A stretch of DNA of 64,000 nt from Naegleria gruberi (lineage: Eukaryota). Location of the stretch: the NCBI GenBank assembly GCA_000004985.1, contig GG738918.1. One strand, given 5' to 3'. Under the pieces are notes generated by a model. The model was not told the DNA's origin. It worked only from the letters and a program-made list of their open reading frames with translations, and did not search any database. The position numbers and the translations under genes were made by a program. Shown here piece after piece: positions 44,183-56,600 of the stretch (position 1 is its first letter; each line of letters starts with the position of its first letter).

Positions 44183-45166
44183 TTAGTCTGTTTTGGACCT
44201 AATGATGTGAAAACCGTTTGAACACTTGGTGGAGTATTTTGAAAGATGAGTGGATCTGGTTTCTAATTTTCCAAATTCATAGTTAACAACATTATGTACA
44301 CCACAAGATTTACCTGTTTGGCAGTAGAAGAAAAGATACTCTTCAGTACCCTTCAATCTAATCCAGGTGGAGAGCTTGGTTGGCTTTGCATTGCCATAGA
44401 TTGCCTCCTTATCGAAACGCTTCTTCAGTGATACATAATTTGTCTTGGTGGTATCCAAGTTTGATATTTGGAACGAGATTTCACAAACCCTTGTCATTGT
44501 ATCTTTATCAGACTTTAAAGCAACAGTTTGTCTTCTTTTTGTCTGGTAAACTTCAAAAGCAATGGTGACTTCAGGTGTGTTGGTGTTAATTTCCAAGTAG
44601 GAATTGCTTTCAGAGAATTTGGTGTACTGCCAATCATCAGCACTATTCTTCTTGGCTCTCTTGTTCACTGTCTTTTCTTCGTCTTGCTTTGCCTTCTTAC
44701 TGCTCTTCTTCTTCTTTTGGACGAATGTGGATTGATCAAAGGTGCTTTCTTTGTTACTACTAGAACTAGCAGCACCAGTGCTAATCACATCCTGACTTTG
44801 ATAGGAAGCAGAAGAGGTTGAGCTTGTTGGGGAAAGAGCAGAATTTCTCAATTGTTGATAAATGTCATCCAAGGACATCATTTGTTGATCTTCAGCTGCA
44901 GGGAGATGTTCTTCCAATCCAACCTTTTCAACTACTACTGGAAAGATGAATTCATCCATGGTTTTAAATAAAGTGGCAAATTCATCCATTACTTCAGAGC
45001 CAACTGAAGCAACAGATGAGGTGAATTGTTGTCGTTGTGCTGCTTGGTATTCATTCCAACCATGCATGGCATCCTCATGGCTTAAGAAATCAGTGTCATT
45101 GTTGTTATTATTATTATTATTAGTGGTAAAGAAATTAACGTGTTGGGCAAACATCTTGTTGGTCAA
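44183..45166 (-). CDS. Hypothetical nuclear protein with a basic NLS-like region and a C-terminal beta-rich putative DNA-binding domain
   Basis: 327 aa. It has a poly-N tract. KKKKSSKKAKQDEEKTVNKRAKKN is followed by a roughly 150-aa domain (ADDWQYTKF...LKGTEEYLFFYCQTGKSCGVHNVVNYEFGKL). No family match is recalled. Confidence 0.4.
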   Translation of the reverse strand: MTNKMFAQHVNFFTTNNNNNNNNDTDFLSHEDAMHGWNEYQAAQRQQFTSSVASVGSEVMDEFATLFKTMDEFIFPVVVEKVGLEEHLPAAEDQQMMSLDDIYQQLRNSALSPTSSTSSASYQSQDVISTGAASSSSNKESTFDQSTFVQKKKKSSKKAKQDEEKTVNKRAKKNSADDWQYTKFSESNSYLEINTNTPEVTIAFEVYQTKRRQTVALKSDKDTMTRVCEISFQISNLDTTKTNYVSLKKRFDKEAIYGNAKPTKLSTWIRLKGTEEYLFFYCQTGKSCGVHNVVNYEFGKLETRSTHLSKYSTKCSNGFHIIRSKTD

Positions 45167-45462
45167 AGGTGGATAGATGGTGCTGTTTGATGTGCTTGGT
45201 AACGGGCAAAGCGTTAGGTGCTTGAAAAGACTAAGAGGCTTTTGATTTTTTTAAAAATATTAAAATCATGAAATTACGCGGTTTTTATTTTCAATTCCAT
45301 TTTCATTTTGTAAAGTTTTCCGGAAACGTGAAATGATTGGATAACAAATTTGCAAACGAGAAATCAAATTCTCTTGCTGTGATTGAAACTTGCTGAAACT
45401 ACAGTGAAACAAGTGAAGAAAGTTTTCCCGCGTAAAATAGTTTTAAAAAATCTTTAAAAAAA

Positions 45463-46633
45463 ATGACGAAATCAAATCATCATAAATTCAGGTTACCACT
45501 TGTTTTATCCGTTTTATTAGTAGTGGTAGTGATGGTAAATTGTCATCGTTCTATTATCAAAGATAAAATCAAAGGAGGAGAAAATATGAAAAATATTAAA
45601 TTGATGGATCATTCTAGTCATCCGTATGGATTTTTCGAATCGGAACAATTTAAAGAAAGAAGTGGATTGATTTCGAATTATTTAATAGTAACAGCTTCAA
45701 AGAATTTTGAAAAGGATTTGCAATATTCACATGTACATTTGAAGAATGAAAGTTTGCCATTTGCTCCGAATCAGAAATTGAGTGGAAATTTAATTAGAGT
45801 GACAAGTGTCAGTTCTCATTTTCATGTGTTGGCACCACATGGAAGATGTTGTCAGCCTTCTACTACGAATTCTTTCACAGACACACCTTGTAAGGAAAGA
45901 ACAAGTGATACAGCCAAGCTCAATGATTGTATTGTAGCAACCAATGCAGGATTTTTTGATGTGGCCAATGGCTATTGTTTGGGAAAGGTTATTTCAAATG
46001 GAAAAGTTTTAAATGATTATGGGAGAGTTCATCCAAATGCTGCCTTTGGATTAATTGATGATGGCAAAGGAAATGCTCAATATGTTTTTGGATATTTGAA
46101 TCAAACTGATTATGAAAAATTGAAAATCACTCAACTAGTTCAAGTAGGTAATTCTTCAATGTTAACTAGTAATTTATTTTACAATCTTTAAAACAAAGGG
46201 AGTTGTATGGTTGGTGAGAGAAGGAAAGTCCTACATTAATGAATCAGTTAAAATTGAAAAAACTTCAACTGGATTTATAGAAGAGGCTGCTCCTCGTGTT
46301 GCCATTGGAAACGATGCGAATGGAAATTTGCTGATTCTTCAAATGGATGGATATGAACCACTCAAATGGGGTTTGAATTTGTATCAATTTACTGATTTAT
46401 TGCTCTCCCTTGGATTTAAGAATGCTATAAATGTTGATGGTGGAGGTTCTGCAACTACCTATATTAAGGATCACGACAAGTTATTTGTAAGTAATTCTCA
46501 AGTAGCAAATTCAATCTTAAATTTATAGAATACATGTTCTGACACATGTTTAGAGTTTAAGGGGAACATGTGTCCTAATTCTTATCTCGGAAGATGTGAA
46601 CGACATGTAACGACAATCTTTTGCATGAAATAA
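45463..46633 (+). CDS. Secreted NAGPA-like phosphodiester glycosidase ('uncovering enzyme' domain) with a C-terminal Cys-rich EGF-like tail
   Basis: Three exons, about 45463..46143, 46199..46486 and 46529..46633, with GTAGGT/GTAAGT donors. There is a signal peptide. Motifs include VATNAGFFDVANGYCLGKVISNGKV and NVDGGGSATTYI, the latter being the NAGPA-family GGGSxT motif. The last exon reads NTCSDTCLEFKGNMCPNSYLGRCERH. Confidence 0.6.
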
Positions 46634-46828
46634 AGAGACAGAATCTTTGGTGAATTATTTGACAAATCAAGTCAATCCGAAAAGGCTATCTCAGTAAGAA
46701 TCATATTTTTATCTCAACTTGTAACAGAAGTAACTCTAATATTGAGCGCCATTAAATGTATTCCAAATTTATTTACGCCCATCAATATATTTCAATCTCT
46801 TGTACTCTTGCAGGTCAATCAGTAAAAG

Positions 46829-49800
46829 ATGTTCATACTTGTGTATTTTCAAACTCTACCAACATCAAAAAAACCTTTCAATCTCATTTCAATGATGAAG
46901 GTTCTCTCACCCTTACAACTAATTTCAATCATTAGCTGTTTCGTCCTGTTTCTATTCATCACAACCAACGCTCTAATAAATCCCTCAAATCCATCTTCTG
47001 ATACAACAACATGGGATCTGGACAATGAAATTTGGTTTGCTCAATCCGCACCACTAACAGGTCCTTCCAAGAGGTAAGTATTGGAATTTCATACAAATTT
47101 CATTAATTGGAAATTTCCCGCCCAATTTTAAATTCAAATATTTAAAAAAAATATTAACATCGTGATGACCACATAAAAACAACATGTTCTTGTTTGGTGG
47201 TTCATAGACTTGGAATTGAAATGCGGGATGGTATTTTGACTGCCTTTAATGAATTCAATGCACTTGGAGGTGTTTTTGGAGGTAAAAAGTTGAAACTCTT
47301 AACTCTAGATGATGCCTACGAACCAACCAACACAAAGGTGAATACCAATTTGCTTCTCTATAATATTACTCCTCCGAATACGTCAACATTGAATCAGGCT
47401 ATTTTCAATAATAGTATCGCATTGGATGAGGTAAAAGGAAGAAAATACTTTGGCTTGATTGGTTTTGTTGGTACTCCAACAGTGCAGAATGTTTTTACTG
47501 ATGTGCTGAGTCAGGTTTGGCCTCTGATTGGATCATTCACTGGAGTTGGTTGGCTTCGAACACCTTTCTATCCAAATATTATTAATATTCGTGCTTCGTA
47601 TGATGACGAAACTGCTGCTATGGTTGAGTGGCTGGTAAATGTCAAATTGATAAGAAGGATTAGTATCATGTATCAGAATGATGCTTTTGGTAATGCTGGC
47701 TTGTCAGGAATTAATAGATCATTGGTGAAGAGATTGAACATTTCGCTCTGTTCTAGTGGTACCTTCCCAAGAAATACTCTGCAGGTTGAGGATGCTTTCA
47801 ATACAATTGGTAAATGCAATCCAGAGGCAATAGTTTTGATTGGAACCTATGCTCCTCTTTCGAAATATATAAGATTGGTTAAGGATGTAGCCTTCTCCCC
47901 TTATAATTCAACACTTGGATACAGCAAGGCCAATCAGATTACTTTCCTTACTGTGAGTTTTGTTGGATCATCAGCATTGACAGAAGATTTATCCTCCTAT
48001 CAACCTCCTTCTCTTGCCTATGGAAAGACCTATTATACGGACAATGTTGTAATTTCTCAAGTGGTTCCAAGTCCAATGGATACCAGCTATCCCATTGTTT
48101 CATCCTATCAACGTTCTAGAAAGGAGTATGCTAAAAATTTGGGACTTGATCCATCACTTGTGTCGTTTACTTTTATTGAGCTAGAGGGTTATTTAGTAGG
48201 AAAACTTGTGTTTACTGTGCTCAAAAACATGATAGGATCATTAACAAGGTCTAACTTTATTGCTAGTATATATTTCGACTTTACATCTGGTGTTAGTGAT
48301 GTAACAAATGCTGGTGGTTATTTCAATTTTGAATCGGTTCAAGTTGGTAGATACAAATATTGCAATGCTGTCAATTTGTACGATCATTTCCTTTCACCTA
48401 GCAATCAAACAGTAGTATCTGGTTCATGTTCTGATAATTGTAATCAAGGACTTAAAATTATTTACCTCAGTAATATAGAGCTCAAGAACAATACTAACAT
48501 TAGATTTAATATTTTCAGGGACTTTTCGTGGTATGACACCCAAAAATGTATTTCAGACACTGCTCAAATTCAAAAACAAATTATAATAGGTCAATCTATT
48601 TTATCAACCTCTTTGAGAGATCAATTTATTACTGTGGGTATTAATGCTGCTCTTTCAAAAAGAAATAGTAATTATACAAGAAATATTGAACTCAAAACAC
48701 TATATCACGATGATTCAGCATCAATGTTGAAAAATGTTGTAGAACTGAAAACTCTCCATGAAAGTGTTGCATTTGTAGGGGTTTCTGCTGAGAGTATTAA
48801 TTTGGACAGTTCAAATACCAATTCAACCATAGATATTAGAGGATATTCAGAATTTTCAAATATTCCTTTATTTGGGGTGCGTTCAACAAATAGTATGGTA
48901 TTGAGAAATACATTTGTTTCATCTTTTATTCATGTATTTCCATCAATAATGGATCAATTGGGTACCGTAATAGATTATAGCATGAAAAATGGAGAGAATA
49001 GAATAAGTATCGTCTATAGCAGTTCAAATTCAAATTCAGTCGAGGTTAGACAATTGTTAAAGTCTATTCTGGATTCGATTGGTATAGAGACCGATAGCGA
49101 GGTTGATGCCACTGAAACAATTTCATTAGACTCAATTATTAATCAACTCAGTTCTAACACTGCTAACCCTCACTCCATCTTTCTTACTTTGAGTAATCCA
49201 GACCAAATTCTCAGTATCATCTCACAAATCAAAAAGACCTATTCGAATTCTAGCCCACTATTTAGAAAGGGATTATCTGTTTATTTGATCAATTCACTAT
49301 TTGATTCGAGTGTTGAAGCTATTTTTTCAACACCACTTTCTTTGATTGTCGATGAAAACTTGAGTGTAAAGTATGTGAGCCATCTTCCAGGATCCTACAA
49401 CTCTACTCTTCAAGTAATAACAGATTTTGAAAATTCAATGGATACATATTTTCCTTCAATTAATTATAGAAATAATACTGCTTATCTTGAGGGCTATATT
49501 ATTGGAGCAATGATCTCTGCATTTATCGATAGTAGTGGAGGTAATTTAGACGCTAAAGGGCTATTGAACTACATGTATACTGTACAGCAAGTAACTTCTG
49601 CTGGTGTAAGCTTTGGAAAGCTGTCTGTTGGATCCAGCCCTTGTTCATTAGGATTAAGAACAAACTATATCTATGCTTACAATCAAAAATCACAGACTTT
49701 TTCTGAATTCAATATTCGAAACTATGATATGAATGGGTGTGGTCTTGTTAAATATAAGAATAGCAAAAAGCGTGCTGCTCCTACAATAGATATTTCCTCA

Positions 49801-52164
49801 TTAGAACAACCTTTGGTGTTTGCCAGATTAATACCTTTCTCTGGTGATGAATCATTGAGTTCTTCAAAACTAAGTTTACTAAATGACGTAATCGATGCAG
49901 ATGACTACTCGAAAGGACTTTCATCTTACATAAACGTATACAATACCAAAACTACTAACCAGAAAATTCAAATAAGAACAGAATATTTCGGGTTTACAGA
50001 TAGTAGATGGAGTCTTGAAACTAAGGTGAAAAATATGATAACTAGACAGAAGGTATTTGCATTTGTAACTGGTTTTTCTAGTGATGAAGATTTTGCGACA
50101 ATTGACAATATCAAACAAATTCTTACAACATATGATACGCCAATGCTTACAACTTCCAATTCTTTAGAATTGCGAAAACCATTCTCCAAATATTTTATCA
50201 ATATGAAATCCTCTGTGTTAGATGAAGTTGCATCTCAAATTTCTTATTTCAAGAATTATGGATCTATTGCAATTATTTATCACAATATTCCTTACTGGAC
50301 CAACCAATCAATTCCATTAATAGCAGAGTATTTGGAATATAATAGTATTTCAATATCTTTAATACAAGGCTTTAGTGGCAGCAGTGATTTTAGTTCATTG
50401 GGAGTTAAACTTCAAGAAGGAAATATTCAATCAATTGTTTTGATATCTGGGTCATCAATGTCAGCTTCATTCATATCTTCCTTGATTATGTATCAAACAA
50501 CATATACGCCTAATATTGGAATTCTATCGGAAGCATATAATAATGACTTTGTTTCAAAGACCTTCACTGTTAACAATTACAAGTCTGCTCTATTTGCTCA
50601 TAACTTCCTCTATTTGTCCACAATTACCTTTGCTCCAAAGATTTACAGCTCTGATATTTGTTCATTGTCAACCAGTTCTCTACATACTGACAAACAGAAT
50701 TCTTTTATCTCACTATTCATGTCTAACTACAATTACAATAGTACAGCAACACACATGACATTGGAAGGTTACTCTACAGGATTTTTCATTGAAACACTCC
50801 TTAATAGAATTTACCAAGAAATGGGAATTACGAAACTGAGTACTGATGATCTATTTTCAGGAATTTATTCTGCTCAAACATTTGATATTTCTGGATTGAA
50901 TACTTTTGGACCATTTGGGTTGGAATGCTCCAGTCAATCAAGTCAATTAACAACAAATCAAACTTCTTCTTCTTGTAATCAGAAAAGTACAACAACTTGT
51001 GATTGCAACCAAGCCCCAAGAAAAGTCTACTTGAGCAGAGTCAATATCGTTCCAACAGAAAATTATTACACTTTCACTGATATTGATTATGCATTCGATT
51101 TCAGCAGTTCATGTGGTGTGAGTGTTGTCAAACCTGTGCTATCGACTACTGCAATTGTTTTGATTTCATTGGCTGGGTTCTTTGTCATTCTGCTCGTTAT
51201 TATTGCCATATCAATCGCTTATGTTTGTATTTCAAGATCAGAAAGTAATACCAAGAATGCACCTAAAACTGGTAACATTTGCTGCTGCTTTACAGATATT
51301 CAGAACTCGACCGTTTTATGGGAAAAGTGTGAAAAGGGAATGAGAGAAGGTCTCAAATTGCACAATGATGTTCTGCGTAATCAACTCAACTTATTCAAAG
51401 GTTTTGAGGTCAAGACTCAAGGAGACTGTTTCTATGTCGTATTCAAGGATCCACTGGATGGAATAGATTGGGCAATGAGCTGTCAACACGAATTAATGTC
51501 CATTGCTTGGCCATCCGAACTATTACAAATGTATGATTGTAGAACAGAGTTTAATAATGAAACCAAGGAGATAGTTTGGAATGGAATTAGAGTTAGAATG
51601 GGCTTGCATTTTGGTTATGCAGAGAAGATCTTTGACAAGGTAGTGAACAGACCAGACTACTTTGGTAATACTATCAATGCAGCTGCTAGAATTGAGGCTT
51701 CTACCCAAGGTGGTCAAGTTTTAATTAGTGAAGATATGTTCTCAGAGTTGTGGAAAATTCATGGAACTAATTTATTCAAATCCATCACTTTAAAGGAAGA
51801 TAATCAAGCAACTTATTTGGAAACCATTAGTCCTTCATTTAAAAGTGTGAATGGTATAGGAGAAAGCAAAAAATCCAAGGATTTCCAGGCAATATTCAGC
51901 ACAAAAGGAAGATCTATCAAATATAGTGAAAATACAGAATCAACTAAATCAGAAGATAGAAAGTTGAAATACCATGCAAACGATCTTGGAGAATTCAAGC
52001 TTAAAGGATTGCAAGGAATGATAAGATTATTTGAAATCAAATCGGATAAAATATTGGAGAGAAAATACAGTGAAAATTTGAGAAATACTGAAGTAACAAA
52101 ATTAGATATGTTAAAACAAGGTTCCCAACTAAAGTCAACTCGTACCATCCTTCCTCTAAACTAA
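46829..52164 (+). CDS. Receptor-type class III nucleotidyl cyclase. Domain order: signal peptide, large ectodomain of about 1250 aa with tandem periplasmic-binding-protein/ANF-receptor-like (VFT) modules, single TM, cyclase catalytic domain, C-terminal tail
   Basis: Two exons, about 46829..47073 and 47205..52164, with a GTAAGT donor at 47074 and an acceptor at ttcatag|A. ATG 46892 is an alternative start. The signal peptide is MMKVLSPLQLISIISCFVLFLFITTNA. The PBP-like start is RLGIEMRDGILTAFNEFNALGGVFGGKKLKLLTLDDAYEP. The TM is AIVLISLAGFFVILLVIIAISIAYVCI. The cyclase domain reads ICCCFTDIQNSTVLW...VKTQGDCFYVVF...RVRMGLHFGYAE...GNTINAAARIEASTQGGQVLISEDMF. No kinase-homology domain lies between the TM and the cyclase. 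Confidence 0.75.
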
Positions 52165-52596
52165 AAGCAGAACCACAGGAATGAGTCCTACACACAGCAA
52201 TCATGTTCAGTTCCACCTTGCGCGTTACTAATTAAATAACGAGGCGTATTTGCTTGAATGATCACTAACAAATCTTTCATTCCCACCACTATTCGATTCT
52301 TTACGATACAATAAATAGTTCAGATTGTTGCATAGTCAGGAATTGTGGTTTTTAAATATTTTTTACAATCAACTTTGATCTTGCTCCTTGCACAAAGATT
52401 GTGAACTGTAAATTTGTAAACAATTCGAAACTCTGTTCTAATGGAAATTGTTAACCGAAGTTGATAGAATTAAGGGAGCACTAATGTTGCTTTACAATAT
52501 TCCCAATAAAACATAAAAGGAAACCCATATTCACCAATCACATCGTTATTCGATTCTTCACATGTAAACAGTCCAAAAATCAAACTCTAAAAAAAA

Positions 52597-53598
52597 ATGA
52601 CTAAACTACCACTGAGTGTCCTCTGCACTCTCTGTTTCACATTATTTCTCTTCCTCCACTCTATCAACTGTTTAGTGATATCTCCAAAAAAGGGAATGGC
52701 ATTTCCAAACTCTGGAGCTCCACAAACTAATTCTTACAAAGATTTGGCGCAATCGTTGAATGTTGCTTGGTGTTATAATTGGGGAAATTCTGCTCCTTCC
52801 ACTGGACTGCCATCTGTCACTTCATATGTTCCACAAATTTGGGGAAGTGGTTCAATTAATAATGCAACCATGACAAAGTTGGCAAATTTGAATCAACAAG
52901 GAATGGATAATGTCTTGTTGGGATTTAATGAACCTGATTTGAGCGAGCAATCGAATTTGACTCCACAACAAGCAGTTAATTTGTGGCCGAAATTGATGGA
53001 AACTAAACGAAAGTTGGGTTCTCCTGCTATGGCTGGTTATGCTCCTTCCACTGATTCATGGCTTTCTCAATTCATGACTCTTGCAACTACATCTAAATTG
53101 CAAGTTGACTTTATTGCTGTCCATTGGTATGGAACTCCACAATATGGCTCATCATTTCTTCAAATGGTAGACGAAACTTACAAGAAATACAAACTCCCAA
53201 TTTGGGTAACTGAATTTGCAGCTGCCGATTGGAGTGCAACTGCTTCAAAACCAGCTCCATACACTCAGAAAGATGCCATCAACTTTATGAATGTGACAGT
53301 GAGAGGTTTATTAGAAAGATCATATGTGGAAAGATTTTCATGGTTTGCACCAATTAATCCAAAGGATCCCATCATGGGATTCAGTGCTGTGTTCAATGAG
53401 GATGGAAGCTTGACTGAGGTTGGAAAATTATATGCCTCCTTGGGTGTTAGTAATGATAATAATAATAATGGAAATCCAGCAATTTCAAAGAAAGTTTCAA
53501 CTTCAACTAGAACTTCAATGGGAAGTGGAGTGAATGTTATCTCTTTGAATGTCTTGATGATTATTCTTGCCTTATTTGTACTAATTGTAAATTATTAA
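52597..53598 (+). CDS. GH128-like (Glyco_hydro_cc) beta-1,3-glucanase-like protein, secreted and probably GPI-anchored
   Basis: The signal peptide is MTKLPLSVLCTLCFTLFLFLHSINC. The family motif LLGFNEPDL and the catalytic-like region IWVTEFAAADW are present. The C-terminus is a Ser/Thr tract followed by the hydrophobic tail VISLNVLMIILALFVLIVNY, a GPI signal-like feature. Confidence 0.65.
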   Translation: MTKLPLSVLCTLCFTLFLFLHSINCLVISPKKGMAFPNSGAPQTNSYKDLAQSLNVAWCYNWGNSAPSTGLPSVTSYVPQIWGSGSINNATMTKLANLNQQGMDNVLLGFNEPDLSEQSNLTPQQAVNLWPKLMETKRKLGSPAMAGYAPSTDSWLSQFMTLATTSKLQVDFIAVHWYGTPQYGSSFLQMVDETYKKYKLPIWVTEFAAADWSATASKPAPYTQKDAINFMNVTVRGLLERSYVERFSWFAPINPKDPIMGFSAVFNEDGSLTEVGKLYASLGVSNDNNNNGNPAISKKVSTSTRTSMGSGVNVISLNVLMIILALFVLIVNY

Positions 53599-53656
53599 AT
53601 ATTTAATATTTTGTAATATTAATCATTTTATTATTTATTATACAAGTACAATTGAG

Positions 53657-56600
53657 TTATTTTTTAGATTTCTTTGAAGAGGATTTTTTGAGGTTTCGTT
53701 TTCTTTTCTTGTTATCAGAAACAGCAGCAATTTCTTCAATTCCAGTCTCTTGTTCATTATCACTGTCAAAATTTTCACCTCTCTTTGCATCGTTGTAGTC
53801 GTTTAAAGATGGAGCATTTGAATTTGATGAGAAGGCAAAAGAGAATAATTGGAAACTACCAACACCATGCAAGAGCATTTGAGTTTTCAAGAAAGTATCT
53901 GCATATCTGTATCCCTTTTCGGCAACTTGTTTCCAATAAGATTCAGTCTTGTTTTTTGAAGTGAATTTCTTTAAAAACTTCTTTCTTTCGGTGTCAACAG
54001 GTTTCTTCCAAAACTCTTCATCACTAATTGAATGAATTCCCTTCATTGCTCTAATATAATAAATGTAGACTGAAGATTTGGAGTTAGAAAGAATGTGTGT
54101 TGGTTTGCTTAGACCATAAACTTTGTTTCTTGTGGTAGGATTAATTTGATAATCGTACAAGGAAACTCTACCAACATGTTGAGCTCTGTCAAACAGTTTC
54201 ACAACGTCATCAACAATTTTAAGTCCTGCAATTGTAGCATATTCAATAAAGGTATTTGGATTTTTTGCAACTTTAGCCAATGCTATTTCTCTAGAGTCAT
54301 TATTCTTAATGCTGGCAATATATTCTGTGACAGTTTCCAATAGTTTTTCTTTCATTTCATCAGTCAGTTTTTCATATTTTTCATTTTTGTCAATCTTTTT
54401 CATCAAACTGGTCAGTGAATAGGACAAGTTTTCTACCGTAAGGATACTATTTAACTTGTCGACAACCTCATTAATTTGTTTTGGAGCAAATAATTCTTCA
54501 TACAATGTATCTTCTAATTGTAAACAAGCTCTTGTCATGGCATATTTATGAGGAGTTGTAATCTTTTGATCGTGTAAATATTCATAGAAAAGTCTAATAT
54601 CATCATGCATAATAATGGCAGTTTCCATTTGAAAATGTTCACAAGTTAAGAATACACAAGTTTCAGCTCTGGCATATCCTAATTTTACATTTTCATCCAG
54701 AATTAAAAAATTATAGTTGGATTCAAAATTTGATTCCTTCAATATCTTCTTGTATCTTTCAACATAGCGACGCTCAGTTACAATGAAAAATAGATATTGT
54801 TGTTTCTCTAATTCAGTAAGAGGCGTAATCATTAGATTTGGTTTCCAATCTTCAGAATAAGAGATAGATAGCTTTTTTGATTCCCAATCAAAGGAAATGA
54901 CAGCCTCATTACTATTTGAATCACTCATATCCAACTTTTCCAATATCAGATCGCTCTTTTTCAACTTTGGAAGGGAGAATTTACTAACCGGGTCTATGGG
55001 AACGACATACTCTTTAGTTTTTAAATCTGAGACCTGACGGCTCTCAGTAATAGGAAATTTCAAACCAGAGGTTGGAGAGAGTTGAGGATTTTGTAATTTT
55101 GATTTCAAGGTAATGTCAAGAGTGCTTGATTGAGGTTTCTTTTTCTTGTAAATTTCAAGAAGATCCTTAATCTTGTCCTTTTCTGATGATTTCAAACTTT
55201 GAATTTTTTCAGTATCTCTCAAAAATTCTGAAAGCTTGTCAGCGTAATCACAAATATAATTGTAAATTTCTAAGATCAAATCGTTTTCAATTTCTTCTTC
55301 TGTTTCAGGGTTCAGCGCATTAACTAAACTTTTTACAAATTCTTCTTCCAACTCGGCTTCAATAGCAGGTAGCTTTAATTTCAGAAATGAATTCAAGTCA
55401 CTTGCCAACTCATTAGCATTCCCCTTCATTGTTTCTATTATTGCAAGAAAGTTTTTATGGAAATCTTCATATATTTCTTTCCATTCTTTTTTCTTTTCTT
55501 CTTTTTGAAATCTTGATTTTTTGCCTTTTTCTAACATTTCTTCCATGTCTGTCATATTAAAACATTCATCAATTCCCTTTTTGAAAAAATTGTACAAATT
55601 GGTGATGAATTGAATGGCTGAAAAAGCTTCATTGCCATCCATAAGAACCTCATAGGTTGGTGAAACAGTTTTTGTTTGCTCTATTTTAGCATTCAATTTT
55701 TCTAAAATGTTAGTTTTAAGGCTTGTCAATTTTTTTTTAAGATCAACTGAAGCTTCTTTCTCTTTAGTTGTCTTGCAGAGAATATTTGAAAGAATAATAA
55801 TTGCAATGTCTCTTAATCTACCACAATTATTTTCAATAATTTTGAATCTTGCTTGTTCTATTTGAGTAGAAAACTGCTTTTTGAATATTTCCGATTTGTG
55901 GTTTTTAGGTGGAAATGCAAGAACTGAAACATTGGTGCTCAAGTCTGTTACAAACTCAATCTTGTTTTCCATAAAATTGGTTTCCTCATTCTTGCAATTA
56001 TCTAACTTTTTTGCTCCTTCAATGTAAATATCGAAAAAGTTTGCTATTTGATCTCTAAAGTTGGATTTCAAGGTCTCATGATCATTTGTCAAGTCAGTAC
56101 GCTCATATTCCTTAGCATCCCCTTGCTCCTTGTCATTTACACCTATCATAATAGATGGAGCGAAAGCTTGTTTTGGTGAATAGATGCCATATTCCCAATA
56201 TTTCTTAACAAGACCATCATCAAAAATACTTCTGAAATTCTCAATTCCTGAAACAAGAATGCAAGTATCTTCCATACTTTCCTTAATGTACTGCTTATAC
56301 AAATCTGATTGGGAATGTTCATCATAACCTGGCATATCTCTTACTATAATGTTGTTTGCCAATAGATATGGCTTGGAATATACAAAATCAACTTTTTAAC
56401 TGTCAAACAATCAAATTCTCCCTTAGTCTTTTCGAAAAGTGCAATCCTTTGAAGAGCGCGCTTGCAAATTTCATCTTCACTCACAAGAGTATTATCTTTA
56501 TCAATAGTTACAGTTTCTCTCTTGAAATCATAATCTTTTGCTTCATAATTTTTAACATTGCTCTTATTGAAAAGCTTTGCTCTCAACAAGTACTCATCCT

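Noticed and set aside
56344-56362. Considered calling the IRG-like GTPase a pseudogene because of the +1 frame break.
   Set aside because: Both halves are otherwise long, intact and motif-bearing. A single-base indel error or an atypically short intron cannot be excluded from sequence alone. Reported as a finding rather than a pseudogene call.
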